Virus record (IMG/VR): IMGVR_UViG_3300031414_000019 | Coordinates: 1-64,000 of that record | From: an uncultured virus (IMG/VR IMGVR_UViG_3300031414_000019) | Taxonomy: Duplodnaviria > Heunggongvirae > Uroviricota > Caudoviricetes | Strand: one strand, 5' to 3' | DNA: 64,000 nucleotides | In this document: piece after piece, positions 47,824 through 56,924 of the stretch | Numbering within the stretch: position 1 is the first letter of the stretch | Layout of the letters: each line of letters opens with the position of its first letter | Notes under the pieces: model-generated | Told to the model about the DNA's origin: nothing | What the model saw: the letters and a program-made list of their open reading frames with translations, nothing else | Database searches by the model: none | Position numbers and translations under genes: made by a program

Positions 47824-50322
47824 ATGAAACGTTTGCACAGTCTGTTACAGCTGGGTGCTGCAAAGCCTAGCGTTGAAAGCAATACTGACGAAGCAGCGGT
47901 TGTTAATCAGCCGACTGAAGGTCAACCAACCGTTCAGCCGACGTCTGAAGTCCTGACGGACGAACAGAAAGCTGAACAAGCCCGTCAGAAAGCTGACGAA
48001 GCTACCCCAGCCGATGGCAGCGTCCCGTCAACTGAAGTTCCAGGCGTGAGTCAGGAATCTGACGGCGGTGCAGGTGCAGGTGTTACTGCTCCAGTTGCGA
48101 CCGAAACTAACCCTACCCCTAACAACACTGTTGATACGGGCGATGGTTCACAACCTGCTACAGCAGCAGACGACCTGTCTGGCGAAGCTAAAGCCGCGCG
48201 TGCTGATCTCGGCGCAACCGTGACCGCTTCTCAGGAATCTCAGGAAACTGGCGTAGTGGCTCCTGTTGCTACTGAGACCAAACCCGAGCTGAACAACAAA
48301 GTTGACACCGGTGACGGTTCTCAGCCGGCTACCCCGTCTGACCAGCCAGGTGACGAAGGTAAGCGCGCTGATGAAGGCGCAGCTAAAACTGCACCAACTG
48401 AACTGGCCCCTGAGCTGGAGCAGGTTGTAGTTAAAGCACCGCAGACTACATCTGTTGCGGCTGACGCTAACAACCCTGATAAAGAAGGTAAAACTGGTGA
48501 AGGTAAAGCCGACCCAGTTAACACTACCTCTACTCAGGACTCGGCTATCGAAGGTGGCGCAACTCCTAAAGAAACAACCAGCACTGAGAAGTCTGCTGTT
48601 TCTCAGGAAAACCTGTCGCCGGAAGATATCGCTAAGGTTGCAACTGTTGCTGCCGCTGTAGGCGCTGCAACCGCAGGTGCACCTGCTGAGGCTGCCGTGG
48701 TTGAAGCTGCTGCCCCTGCTGCGCCAGCCGCTGCCCCGGTAGTAGAAGAAGCTGCGGTTGTTGCTGAAGCACCTGTTGTTAATGACGGCGCTGCTGTTGA
48801 TGGTTCCGATGGCGCTGGCGCACTGGCTCCGGGTGAAGTCCCTGCTGATGCTGCTGGTAACGCTATTGATGCGGCTGCACAAGCGGCTGTTGATACCGTT
48901 GCTCAGAGTCCTACTGGTGATACCCCTCCAGGTCCTAACGCTGGTGACGCTGCTGCCACTCCGGCTGAAGCTGCACAGGTTGCTGCCGATCTGATCGCTG
49001 CTAACCCAGACAATGCTGCTGAAATTGCTCAGGCAATTGATACTGTAGCTGACGCTGGCGTGGCTGCGGCAGGCGGCGAAGTTAAGCCAGAAGAAACTGC
49101 ACCGGTGGTTGAAGAAACTCAACCGGCTGACCAGGACGACGGCGCTGCTGACGAACTGAACGACTCCACCGATGAACGTGACGAAGACGACGATAAACTC
49201 GACGATCTCGAAGACGTTGGTGAAGATCTCGAAGCTTCTCAGGAGTCTCTGGTTAGTGCACGCGAACTGCTGACTGGTCTGGAGTCCCTGGTGGAAACCG
49301 CACTTCAGAACGGCGGCCTTAGCGACGATGCTGCTCAGATCCTTCAGACCGTAACTGATCATGTTACCAATGAAGCGGGTCTGGATGAAACCGACCTCGG
49401 TCTGGAGTCCCTGGCGTATTGCGATCGTAAGAACGCAACCAACTACGCACTGGGTCGTCTGCAAGCCACTATCGAGTCTATCGATGGCGAGCTTCAGATT
49501 TCAACCGAAGGCTTCTTCGATATCTTCCGTTCATTCAACAGCAAGATGAAAGACTGGGTGGTTAGCTCACGTCGTAACATCGCTGCTGCTAAAGCGGCTA
49601 TCAAAGACAAGAACAAGTCTGCGAGCGTAACACTGCCGGGTGAAGAAGGCGATTTCTCAAAAATCGCTAGTCTCTCTGCTAGCACGCTGACTGACGTTCT
49701 GGACACCTACGGTAAGAAAGCCTACGTTGCTGCCAAAGTTCTGACCGACATGGGTAAAGAACTGGCTGACGGCGATAACCACTACGAAACTGTTGCTGGT
49801 AAAATCAGTGGCATCGAAGTTGGTTTCCCGGCATCGTTCAACCAGAACACTCCATCTGGTATGGGTGACGGTAAAGCGTCTGGTCCGCTGCTGGGCGACT
49901 TCGCACTGGCACTTTCCCTGGACGGTCGTGACTCCGAGTCGGACATCGTCAAAGTGCGTGAGAAGCACGAAGGCGAAGTTACTGGTGCACAAGCTATTGC
50001 TGCGCTGGACGAAGCCACTAAGGTGGTTGATGCGGTTTCCAACTTCATCGGTCAGTTCGACGGCATGAAGAAAACTGCCAACAACTCTGGTGATCGCCAC
50101 GTAACTGGTGCGACTTACCTGGCCTCAGTCATGGGTCCATGGGCACTCCTGAGCGCCGATTACCGTCGTGCGGTATATCGTCAGTTCACTAACTCTAAGG
50201 ACCCACAGAACCTGAAAGCTGGTGAAGTCATTGCCGGGTTCGAGCTGGTGAAAGATGCTGCTACCGCTTCTCGTAAGTACGTTGCTGCGCTGATCGCTAT
50301 CTCAACCAAGGTTGCTGGTTAA
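47824..50322 (+). CDS. Internal head/ejection protein paralog 4 with very long acidic Ala/Pro-rich propeptide
   Basis: 832 aa with many SQE/GLE/STE sites and internal repeats. The probable mature domain starts after STEGFF. Confidence 0.8.
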   Translation: MKRLHSLLQLGAAKPSVESNTDEAAVVNQPTEGQPTVQPTSEVLTDEQKAEQARQKADEATPADGSVPSTEVPGVSQESDGGAGAGVTAPVATETNPTPNNTVDTGDGSQPATAADDLSGEAKAARADLGATVTASQESQETGVVAPVATETKPELNNKVDTGDGSQPATPSDQPGDEGKRADEGAAKTAPTELAPELEQVVVKAPQTTSVAADANNPDKEGKTGEGKADPVNTTSTQDSAIEGGATPKETTSTEKSAVSQENLSPEDIAKVATVAAAVGAATAGAPAEAAVVEAAAPAAPAAAPVVEEAAVVAEAPVVNDGAAVDGSDGAGALAPGEVPADAAGNAIDAAAQAAVDTVAQSPTGDTPPGPNAGDAAATPAEAAQVAADLIAANPDNAAEIAQAIDTVADAGVAAAGGEVKPEETAPVVEETQPADQDDGAADELNDSTDERDEDDDKLDDLEDVGEDLEASQESLVSARELLTGLESLVETALQNGGLSDDAAQILQTVTDHVTNEAGLDETDLGLESLAYCDRKNATNYALGRLQATIESIDGELQISTEGFFDIFRSFNSKMKDWVVSSRRNIAAAKAAIKDKNKSASVTLPGEEGDFSKIASLSASTLTDVLDTYGKKAYVAAKVLTDMGKELADGDNHYETVAGKISGIEVGFPASFNQNTPSGMGDGKASGPLLGDFALALSLDGRDSESDIVKVREKHEGEVTGAQAIAALDEATKVVDAVSNFIGQFDGMKKTANNSGDRHVTGATYLASVMGPWALLSADYRRAVYRQFTNSKDPQNLKAGEVIAGFELVKDAATASRKYVAALIAISTKVAG
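48088..48333 (+). repeat. Two copies of a 24-aa repeat within paralog 4
   Basis: APVATETNPTPNNTVDTGDGSQPA and APVATETKPELNNKVDTGDGSQPA, each preceded by SQES. Confidence 0.85.
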
Positions 50323-50327
50323 GGTTA

Positions 50328-50368
50328 GCATAATAACAAACCCCTCCCATCGTGGAGGGGTTTTATGT
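50328..50368 (+). terminator. Hairpin terminator (near-duplicate of 51526)
   Basis: GCATAATAAC-AAACCCCTCC-catcgt-GGAGGGGTTT-TATG. Confidence 0.75.
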
Positions 50369-50385
50369 TCTCAATGGAGTTAAAA

Positions 50386-51531
50386 ATGTACGACGATACA
50401 CCGCTCGAAACTGTAGGAACACTGCTGACCGATATCACCGACCAGGCAGAAGAGGACGATGCTCGCTCGGCAGCCCTCATTGAACTCCAGTCATCTGTAG
50501 AACAACATGGCAAGGACGGGTATAACAAACTGTCGGTATCCTTGCTGAGTCTGATGTTTAAACAGCTCGACATTCCGACGCTGGGTTTAGAAAGTATTGG
50601 CGAAGACGATAGCTTGAATACTTCCTATCTGTCGGGTCAAATTGAAGCGGCCATTGGTGGAAGTGAGGATGACCGCGTTGCGTCGATGGAAGGTTTCCTT
50701 GACGTATTCCGCTCCTTCAACTCAAAGGCTGAAAAGTGGATTGACGAAGCCTCTGACGAACTGGCTAAACTGATCTCCGATCTACCTCGCGGTGGTAAAG
50801 GCAGTTACCAGACTGCGGGCACCTATAGCAGTTTGACCGCTGGTAACGACCGCACGGCGACTGTAGTCGAATATCTCGTCACCGGATATTCGAAAGATCT
50901 CCAGCGTTGCAGCACGGAACTCGCAGAGCAGATGCGTAAAGTATTCTCTGCACATGCTAAGTTCGATCTTGCTATCCGCAATATGGCTAAGATTAAAGTT
51001 CCGGCACCAGGTGATTTCAAACGTACTTCAGGCGATGTGTATTTGTCCGAGGGGCACGTAGGCGGTAACGTACTGTCCATTACCTTGAATGGTAAGGACT
51101 CGACTGAGTCCTTGTCTCGTATTCGCTCCACACCGAACATAGTTGAAGTCACGACTGAAGAGGTAATGGCTGCTGCTCGTCGTACGCTCACCATGCTGAA
51201 AGGGCTACAGAAGTTCCTCAAGGCTCGTGAAGCCACTGAAGACGCAATCGATAAAGCGGGCAACCGTCGTCGTCTGTATCTGGCTGTGCCTGCTTTGTTG
51301 TCTGTGATTGCAAGTAGCCTGGGTCTGGCCATGCCGGTGCTCTATGGTGCTGTAGTTGGCTTATCAACAACTGAGATCCGTCGGGCATTCCAACTGTTAC
51401 TCTCTGACGACAATCAGAAAGAACTCATCGCAGAACTGAAAACAGCAACTGATCTTATTGACGAATCGTTCGATCTCGCAAAAGCGTCTGTCGCTGAAAT
51501 TGTTAAAGCCGCCAAGTCATTAAAGGCATAA
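50386..51531 (+). CDS. Internal head/ejection protein paralog 5 with C-terminal hydrophobic hairpin
   Basis: ATG 50386 follows a GGAG RBS. GLESI and SMEGFLDVFRSFNSK closely match paralog 4. Confidence 0.8.
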   Translation: MYDDTPLETVGTLLTDITDQAEEDDARSAALIELQSSVEQHGKDGYNKLSVSLLSLMFKQLDIPTLGLESIGEDDSLNTSYLSGQIEAAIGGSEDDRVASMEGFLDVFRSFNSKAEKWIDEASDELAKLISDLPRGGKGSYQTAGTYSSLTAGNDRTATVVEYLVTGYSKDLQRCSTELAEQMRKVFSAHAKFDLAIRNMAKIKVPAPGDFKRTSGDVYLSEGHVGGNVLSITLNGKDSTESLSRIRSTPNIVEVTTEEVMAAARRTLTMLKGLQKFLKAREATEDAIDKAGNRRRLYLAVPALLSVIASSLGLAMPVLYGAVVGLSTTEIRRAFQLLLSDDNQKELIAELKTATDLIDESFDLAKASVAEIVKAAKSLKA

Positions 51532-51565
51532 TACAAACCCCTCCTTCAGTGGAGGGGTTTTATGC
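51526..51565 (+). terminator. Hairpin terminator
   Basis: GCATAATAC-AAACCCCTCC-ttcagt-GGAGGGGTTT-TATGC. Confidence 0.75.
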
Positions 51566-51610
51566 TAATACTTATGAGTTACTCAACTACTAGCTAGTAA
51601 GGGATTTAAC

Positions 51611-52912
51611 ATGACGATCGTCTCAAATACCAACCCTCTCACTCCGAAAGATTATCCGGAGTTTGAGCAGACGGTAGGGAACAGCTTCGCGAGCAGTTAC
51701 CCTGATGCCGTTGAAAAAGAAGAGACTCACCTGAAGCGTTTAGAGAACGTGTCTCAGGGACTCTTCCAAATTTACGAGCACGTCGTTGCTGATGCCGCTA
51801 AAGGCGCACCAATGACCCCGCACGACTCTGCTGTGATTTCAACCACCGTTGCTAACATGACAAGCAGCGTGGGCGTAGAATCGCATGTAGGCCGCATTGC
51901 GTCGTTAGAATCGATCTACGACCAACACATCGGTTTCATCGTTACTCAGGAATCACTGGGCCAAACGATCATCAACACCGTTAAGGCGTTCCTTGAGGCG
52001 TTTATGCGTCTGTTGGATAAAGTCCTGGCGTGGTTGAAGAAAACCTACAATCGCGTTCAGGATAGCTCACGCCCTCTGCTGCGCGTGATGAATACAATCC
52101 AGCGCCTGTCGAACGTTCCATTACTTTCGGTTAAGTTTACGCCGTCAATGGAAGGTATCCTGGTAGACGGCCAGATTCCGGCTGAATGGCTGTCTAAGGT
52201 AGAGCAGACTCTTCGCATTTCTTCCACGATGATGGGAGATCAGGTGAAGATGGCTGACTTTGCCAACGACGTTCTGTTCGCGGTAGAGAAAGCAAACTTC
52301 GATACCCCTGAAGCTGCTGTAGCCGCAGTTGAGAAAGTCTGTGCCCGTCGTCCTAAACTGACACTGGGTAGCAACAAGTCTCGCGTGGAGCAGATTGACG
52401 GTAAGACCATCGAATGGTCAGAGCCGCTGTGTGCTAACTCGCTGGCCATTGCGATGAACCCACATGGTGATGAAGCGATTGACACTGTGAACTACGGCAT
52501 CGGTCTGATTCATCTTTCAGCTGCTGCGGAGTTTGGTGTTAAGACCAAGTACAACGATAAAGATAACACCGATACACTGGTGTCGTTGGACCTGGGTGAT
52601 TATCAACGTTACCAGAGCCAGATCATCCGCGAAGTCAACTCAAGCGGCGTTACTATCAGCCGCATGAACGATGCTATCGATAAACTTCAGGCTAGCCTGA
52701 AAGATATCACTGAGCGTTTCCGTAAGCTGGAGAAAGAACCAGAAACTGCTACGGAATCGGTTGAAGCATTGTTGACGTACACCGGTGTGGCGCGCAGCGT
52801 TGCGTCTGCTGCTGTAGCCTGTTCACGTTACAACTTCGATATCTACTCAACCGTTGTTTCTTCTGCTACGGCCGTATTTAACGCATTCTCTAAAAAGGCC
52901 GGAGGTCAGTAA
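51611..52912 (+). CDS. Internal head/ejection protein paralog 6
   Basis: GVE, SLES and TQESLG motifs followed by an amphipathic helix. Confidence 0.8.
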   Translation: MTIVSNTNPLTPKDYPEFEQTVGNSFASSYPDAVEKEETHLKRLENVSQGLFQIYEHVVADAAKGAPMTPHDSAVISTTVANMTSSVGVESHVGRIASLESIYDQHIGFIVTQESLGQTIINTVKAFLEAFMRLLDKVLAWLKKTYNRVQDSSRPLLRVMNTIQRLSNVPLLSVKFTPSMEGILVDGQIPAEWLSKVEQTLRISSTMMGDQVKMADFANDVLFAVEKANFDTPEAAVAAVEKVCARRPKLTLGSNKSRVEQIDGKTIEWSEPLCANSLAIAMNPHGDEAIDTVNYGIGLIHLSAAAEFGVKTKYNDKDNTDTLVSLDLGDYQRYQSQIIREVNSSGVTISRMNDAIDKLQASLKDITERFRKLEKEPETATESVEALLTYTGVARSVASAAVACSRYNFDIYSTVVSSATAVFNAFSKKAGGQ

Positions 52913-54141
52913 TGTCTAAGAAAAACATGCTCAATATTTCTGTTGAGTCCGTAGGCACCGATAACTACGATCTGGCGTCTGCTGCTGCGCCTACAGCGGT
53001 TGTCGTTCCATCTGCACCGGTAGATCCGGTTGTGCTGCCTGTTGCCCAACCACAGGGTGATGACGTAGCTCGTCTGAAAGCTATCGCTGACGCCATTGAT
53101 GATGTTGCGGATACATTGGGTGCTCGCGTTGCTCAGGTTGGTATTGCAACTGTCGGTGTTAACACCGTTGTTTCAACCGAAGCAATTAGTCTGGCCTCCA
53201 TCGGTGCTACCGTGAAGAAATACGTGATGATGGCTATCGACTTCATCAAACGCTTCGTGGTTGCTGTTATCAATTACGGTGCTCGCTATATCGAGAAGCT
53301 TCGCTATAACCGTAAAGAGATGGCCGACCTGCTGCGTGACGTTACCAACTTCATGCGTGCTCGCCGTGGCGATACCTTTACGATTGAAGGTACTTCGGTA
53401 ACGCTGCTTCAGATCAACGGTGTGGTTCCTGCTGGTCCTGCTGAACTGGCCCGCGCCTTCAATGAATTCCGTCGTGACGTCGATGGTCCGTATATGGACT
53501 GGCTGAAAAACGCGACTGGTAAAGTTGAAGAAGTGTCCAACATCATGAACAGTATCTTCAAAGCCGAAAGCCTGTTGAAAGCTGACGCTGGTTTGTTCAC
53601 TCAGCTGGAGCAGATTAAATGTGCTGCTGCACCTAACGGTTGGAAACGTGACGTAAGCGTTGGATCTGGTCTGTGGTCATACGTGCCTAAGGTACCGACC
53701 TGGGGCGGCGTTCGTGTAAATGTCGTAGGTGACGAAACTGTCAATGCTGCTGACGTTAGCGCATCAATGGTTTCTCCGTTCGATGCACCGGACAATGAAT
53801 CAACCATCACCATCGGCGGTGACCTGCTGACTGAATACGCTAAGCTGGGTATGGGTGTGGTTGATCTTCAGGTCAACCTGGCTGGTCCTTACGACGCAGT
53901 GCGTCAGTTGTCCAAGCGTATGCTGGATAACTACACCACCAAATTCGTAGGCGTTGACGATAAAGCGCTGACACCTACTGACCAGCAGACCATTGCTACA
54001 CGCAACTCTCAGATCAACGATGCGATGGGTTATCTGTCCTTCGTGATGTCATCTACTGCTAACTACATGTCATACCTGACCGCGCTGCGTGGCGCGATTC
54101 AACAGACATTGTCTGCGGTGATTGAGCCACCTGTGGCATAA
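52912..54141 (+). CDS. Internal head/ejection protein paralog 7
   Basis: ISVES and STEAI motifs followed by an amphipathic helix. Confidence 0.8.
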   Translation: MSKKNMLNISVESVGTDNYDLASAAAPTAVVVPSAPVDPVVLPVAQPQGDDVARLKAIADAIDDVADTLGARVAQVGIATVGVNTVVSTEAISLASIGATVKKYVMMAIDFIKRFVVAVINYGARYIEKLRYNRKEMADLLRDVTNFMRARRGDTFTIEGTSVTLLQINGVVPAGPAELARAFNEFRRDVDGPYMDWLKNATGKVEEVSNIMNSIFKAESLLKADAGLFTQLEQIKCAAAPNGWKRDVSVGSGLWSYVPKVPTWGGVRVNVVGDETVNAADVSASMVSPFDAPDNESTITIGGDLLTEYAKLGMGVVDLQVNLAGPYDAVRQLSKRMLDNYTTKFVGVDDKALTPTDQQTIATRNSQINDAMGYLSFVMSSTANYMSYLTALRGAIQQTLSAVIEPPVA

Positions 54142-54175
54142 AACTAGAGGGGTCCAAGTGACCCCTCTTTTTATT
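54135..54175 (+). terminator. Hairpin terminator
   Basis: GGCATAAAACT-AGAGGGGTC-caagt-GACCCCTCT-TTTTT. Confidence 0.75.
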
Positions 54176-54188
54176 CTGGAGCTTTAGT

Positions 54189-55541
54189 ATGGATGGTTTA
54201 GAAAACCGCTCAGCAGAGCTAGACGTGCCGCCGGGAGTTACCCCAACCGATCCAGCCAATTTGGTTACGGATAACACCCAGGGTCTCGATGATTCCATTG
54301 AAGATCCAATTGTGCGTGTGGATACCTCTGCATACGACTTGCGTGATTTAAATAATCGACTTGATCGTGAATTGGTGGCAGCACAAGAAATGCTGACCCG
54401 TTATTTCGCACTGGAGTCGTGGGCTACTGTAGTCGATAACTACGGTGGACCTTTAACCCCAGATATGCAGATTGGCACTGAGCTTCTGCTCGGTCTTACC
54501 ACACAACGAGCCAACGTTAAAAGCGAAGATATCATCCCGTCGCTTGAGTCGTTCTCCGACGGTAAGGGTGTGGCTGGCGCTCTGCGTGCGTATGCCAAGA
54601 AACTCTTAGACGGATTGATTCGTTTGAGTAAGAAGATCACTGAGATCTTTGATAAAATCTACGAGATCCTCACCTCACGGTGTCGTGGGTCACGCCTTCA
54701 GATTGCAGCAATTAAAATTAAGATGGGCATCGCTAAAGGCGGTCGTCTTAAGCAGCGTCGTATCGGTATGGGTCGCTATAGTCGCTTCTTGGCTGTGCGT
54801 GGCATTCCGACACAGACACCGGGTGAGATTTATGCTGGACTTGGTGCAATCGGTAAGTTGGCAGACGATGCGATCGTGTCCCACTTAGCCGGCTTATTAT
54901 GGGTGGCCGATGAAGTCACGAAGATCACCAACTCAGATAGCTTCCCTAACCCTCGCGCCACTGAAGCACGATTGACCCGTGCCTTCGCCGAGCTGGGTAA
55001 AACGTCACTAGCATCCGACTGCACTCGTCAGGTTGGAAGTGACCCACGCTTCCAAAGTAAAGGTTACGTAACGACGGCGTCTGAGAACTTAATGGGCAAC
55101 CGTACGTTATATCTTACTAAACCGCGAGATGGTAGTGAGATAGCGGACACGTTTGGTACAGTAAACTTCGAATTCACACAGACTCGTTTGGGTGATGAAG
55201 ATTACGAAGCGAAAGCTGGCGCTACGATCGAAACATGCGATCTGGCAATGTGTCGTCGTCTGTTAGAGTTGTGTGAAAAATATGTCGGTGTCATAGAACG
55301 GTTTGATACCAGTGATCCGGCGAAGAGACTTGTCTCCTCTATGGGTAAGATTCACACAGCCGTAGCCGAGCGCGCTAAGCGTGGGGGCTTAGATTCAATT
55401 AATGCCGAATTGCTTTATTCAGCATCAGTTGCTTTCTCAGCTGCTGCCACCTCACCTATCCGAGATATCATGGGACATCTGGCAACCGCCATTGATGCTA
55501 CCCTCGATGTCGTCGACCGTTCGCTTTCAGCGTACGATTAA
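54189..55541 (+). CDS. Internal head/ejection protein paralog 8
   Basis: GLE, ALES and PSLESF motifs; S..LMGNR.L segment typical of the family. Confidence 0.75.
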   Translation: MDGLENRSAELDVPPGVTPTDPANLVTDNTQGLDDSIEDPIVRVDTSAYDLRDLNNRLDRELVAAQEMLTRYFALESWATVVDNYGGPLTPDMQIGTELLLGLTTQRANVKSEDIIPSLESFSDGKGVAGALRAYAKKLLDGLIRLSKKITEIFDKIYEILTSRCRGSRLQIAAIKIKMGIAKGGRLKQRRIGMGRYSRFLAVRGIPTQTPGEIYAGLGAIGKLADDAIVSHLAGLLWVADEVTKITNSDSFPNPRATEARLTRAFAELGKTSLASDCTRQVGSDPRFQSKGYVTTASENLMGNRTLYLTKPRDGSEIADTFGTVNFEFTQTRLGDEDYEAKAGATIETCDLAMCRRLLELCEKYVGVIERFDTSDPAKRLVSSMGKIHTAVAERAKRGGLDSINAELLYSASVAFSAAATSPIRDIMGHLATAIDATLDVVDRSLSAYD

Positions 55542-55564
55542 AATTTACACACTGGGGTAAAGCT

Positions 55565-55954
55565 ATGATTGATTACGAAGACCTGAAAGATCCAGGTTAT
55601 AAAACTGTTACTGTCCAGGGTATTGAACCGGAGTACGACCCTAATCACTTACCCGATGACCCAGTCAACGTAGCGGTTTCTACGTTTGTCTTTAGTGGTC
55701 TGGGTGACGATGGCTCACAGCGTGTCAAGCTTAACATCCAAACGGGTGAGTTTGCACAGGCCGGCTTTACAGGTATTCCGCCGGAAGCTGTCTTGTTAGC
55801 AATGCTGGAGCACTACAAGGGTCTGCAAGATTCTACCCTTCGCTGCAATGAGTTCCGCATGGTGGTTGATCAACTCACCGATGCAATTTCAGCACTGAAG
55901 AGCCGCAACGATCTGCGTAATTACAAAGGTACGTACGGCACCACTAATCCGTAA
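55565..55954 (+). CDS. Tad1-like (Thoeris anti-defence / cyclic nucleotide sponge) protein, divergent
   Basis: LNIQTG...GI..EAVL...EHYKGLQ...RCNE...V.QL.DA...L..R...R...GT.GT aligns by eye with the Tad1 pattern IKFQKG...GV...DLL...DRL..FQ...SREN..A..HVEEALMW..RR..DR..R.V.GT. Confidence 0.6.
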   Translation: MIDYEDLKDPGYKTVTVQGIEPEYDPNHLPDDPVNVAVSTFVFSGLGDDGSQRVKLNIQTGEFAQAGFTGIPPEAVLLAMLEHYKGLQDSTLRCNEFRMVVDQLTDAISALKSRNDLRNYKGTYGTTNP

Positions 55955-55972
55955 AACCCAAAGAGAGAACCT

Positions 55973-56815
55973 ATGCGTTTACAATCCCATGAAGTTAAAG
56001 TACTCAATGAAGTCGAAGCTAAAGAATCAGGCGTTGTTGATTTCGAGCTGTCTCGCGGTGATTCCACTATTTCTCTGCGTGTGGTTAATGATTTCAGCGC
56101 GGCTGTGGATAGCGTCGTGGGCGTAGTGAGCGTCGGTACTCTGATTGATGTCCTGCATCGCACTCTGCGTCTGGGCTTCCCTGTTCCCGCTACACACGCG
56201 CCTGCGTGGCGTGCTATTATTCAGAACGTCAACAACTGTAAAGAAGCGCACAACTTCAGTCAGGTTCAGGCTAACATCGAAACTGCTGAAATCGGCAAAT
56301 ACGACGTAGAGTTCCACATCACCAACTCTACCCCGTCACTCGATGTTGCGCAATCGCCTAAAACCGTTCGTGTAAGTGGCGACGCGTTGACCATTGATAG
56401 CTATCGTGAGCTGAGCAATCGTCTGCAACAGTATCGTCATACTCTGACGATGAACGACAACGTGCTGGAAGTTCACATGTGGGTTTCTGAAACTACCTAC
56501 GGCATGGCGCAGGAACTGACTAAAGCACTGACCACGCAAGATGGTGTTTATACCATCGTAATCCGCAATGGCGAAAAGTGTGTTTACGCGCCAGTAGTTC
56601 CAACCTTCCTGGTGAGTGACTCTGGTAAGCTGATGTCTCAGATTGAGAAATCAACTAATGTCACACCTTACCCGCCAGTAAACTTCATCAGTGATCGTAT
56701 TGTTTCCGTTAACGCTGAACACGATTTCGATGCACTGAACAACGGCGTGTATCTCGCACTGACCGCGCTTGAAGCGGAGTATGAAGCTGGCAACGTAGTT
56801 GTCGAAGGCGAATAA
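55973..56815 (+). CDS. Hypothetical protein
   Basis: 280 aa ORF with phage-like codon usage, followed by a terminator. Confidence 0.8.
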   Translation: MRLQSHEVKVLNEVEAKESGVVDFELSRGDSTISLRVVNDFSAAVDSVVGVVSVGTLIDVLHRTLRLGFPVPATHAPAWRAIIQNVNNCKEAHNFSQVQANIETAEIGKYDVEFHITNSTPSLDVAQSPKTVRVSGDALTIDSYRELSNRLQQYRHTLTMNDNVLEVHMWVSETTYGMAQELTKALTTQDGVYTIVIRNGEKCVYAPVVPTFLVSDSGKLMSQIEKSTNVTPYPPVNFISDRIVSVNAEHDFDALNNGVYLALTALEAEYEAGNVVVEGE

Positions 56816-56831
56816 AACGTAGCATGCTGAT

Positions 56832-56874
56832 GCCCTCTAGAGAGCCTTGTGCTCTCTAGAGGCTTCTATGCCGT
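56832..56874 (+). terminator. Hairpin terminator / structured repeat
   Basis: CCTCTAGAGAGC-cttgt-GCTCTCTAGAGG-CTTCTATGCCG. Confidence 0.75.
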
Positions 56875-56924
56875 CAGTCCGATAATATGACAAGTACCTA
56901 CTTTATTCATGCGAGGGCACTACT

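Noticed and set aside
48148..49464. 438-aa minus-strand ORF
   Set aside because: It is an antisense shadow of the low-complexity, codon-biased propeptide gene. The Ser/Phe/Cys-rich translation has no recognisable motif.
50328..51565. Repeated hairpins considered as a CRISPR array
   Set aside because: The copies are separated by whole genes rather than 30-40 nt spacers, and no cas genes are present.
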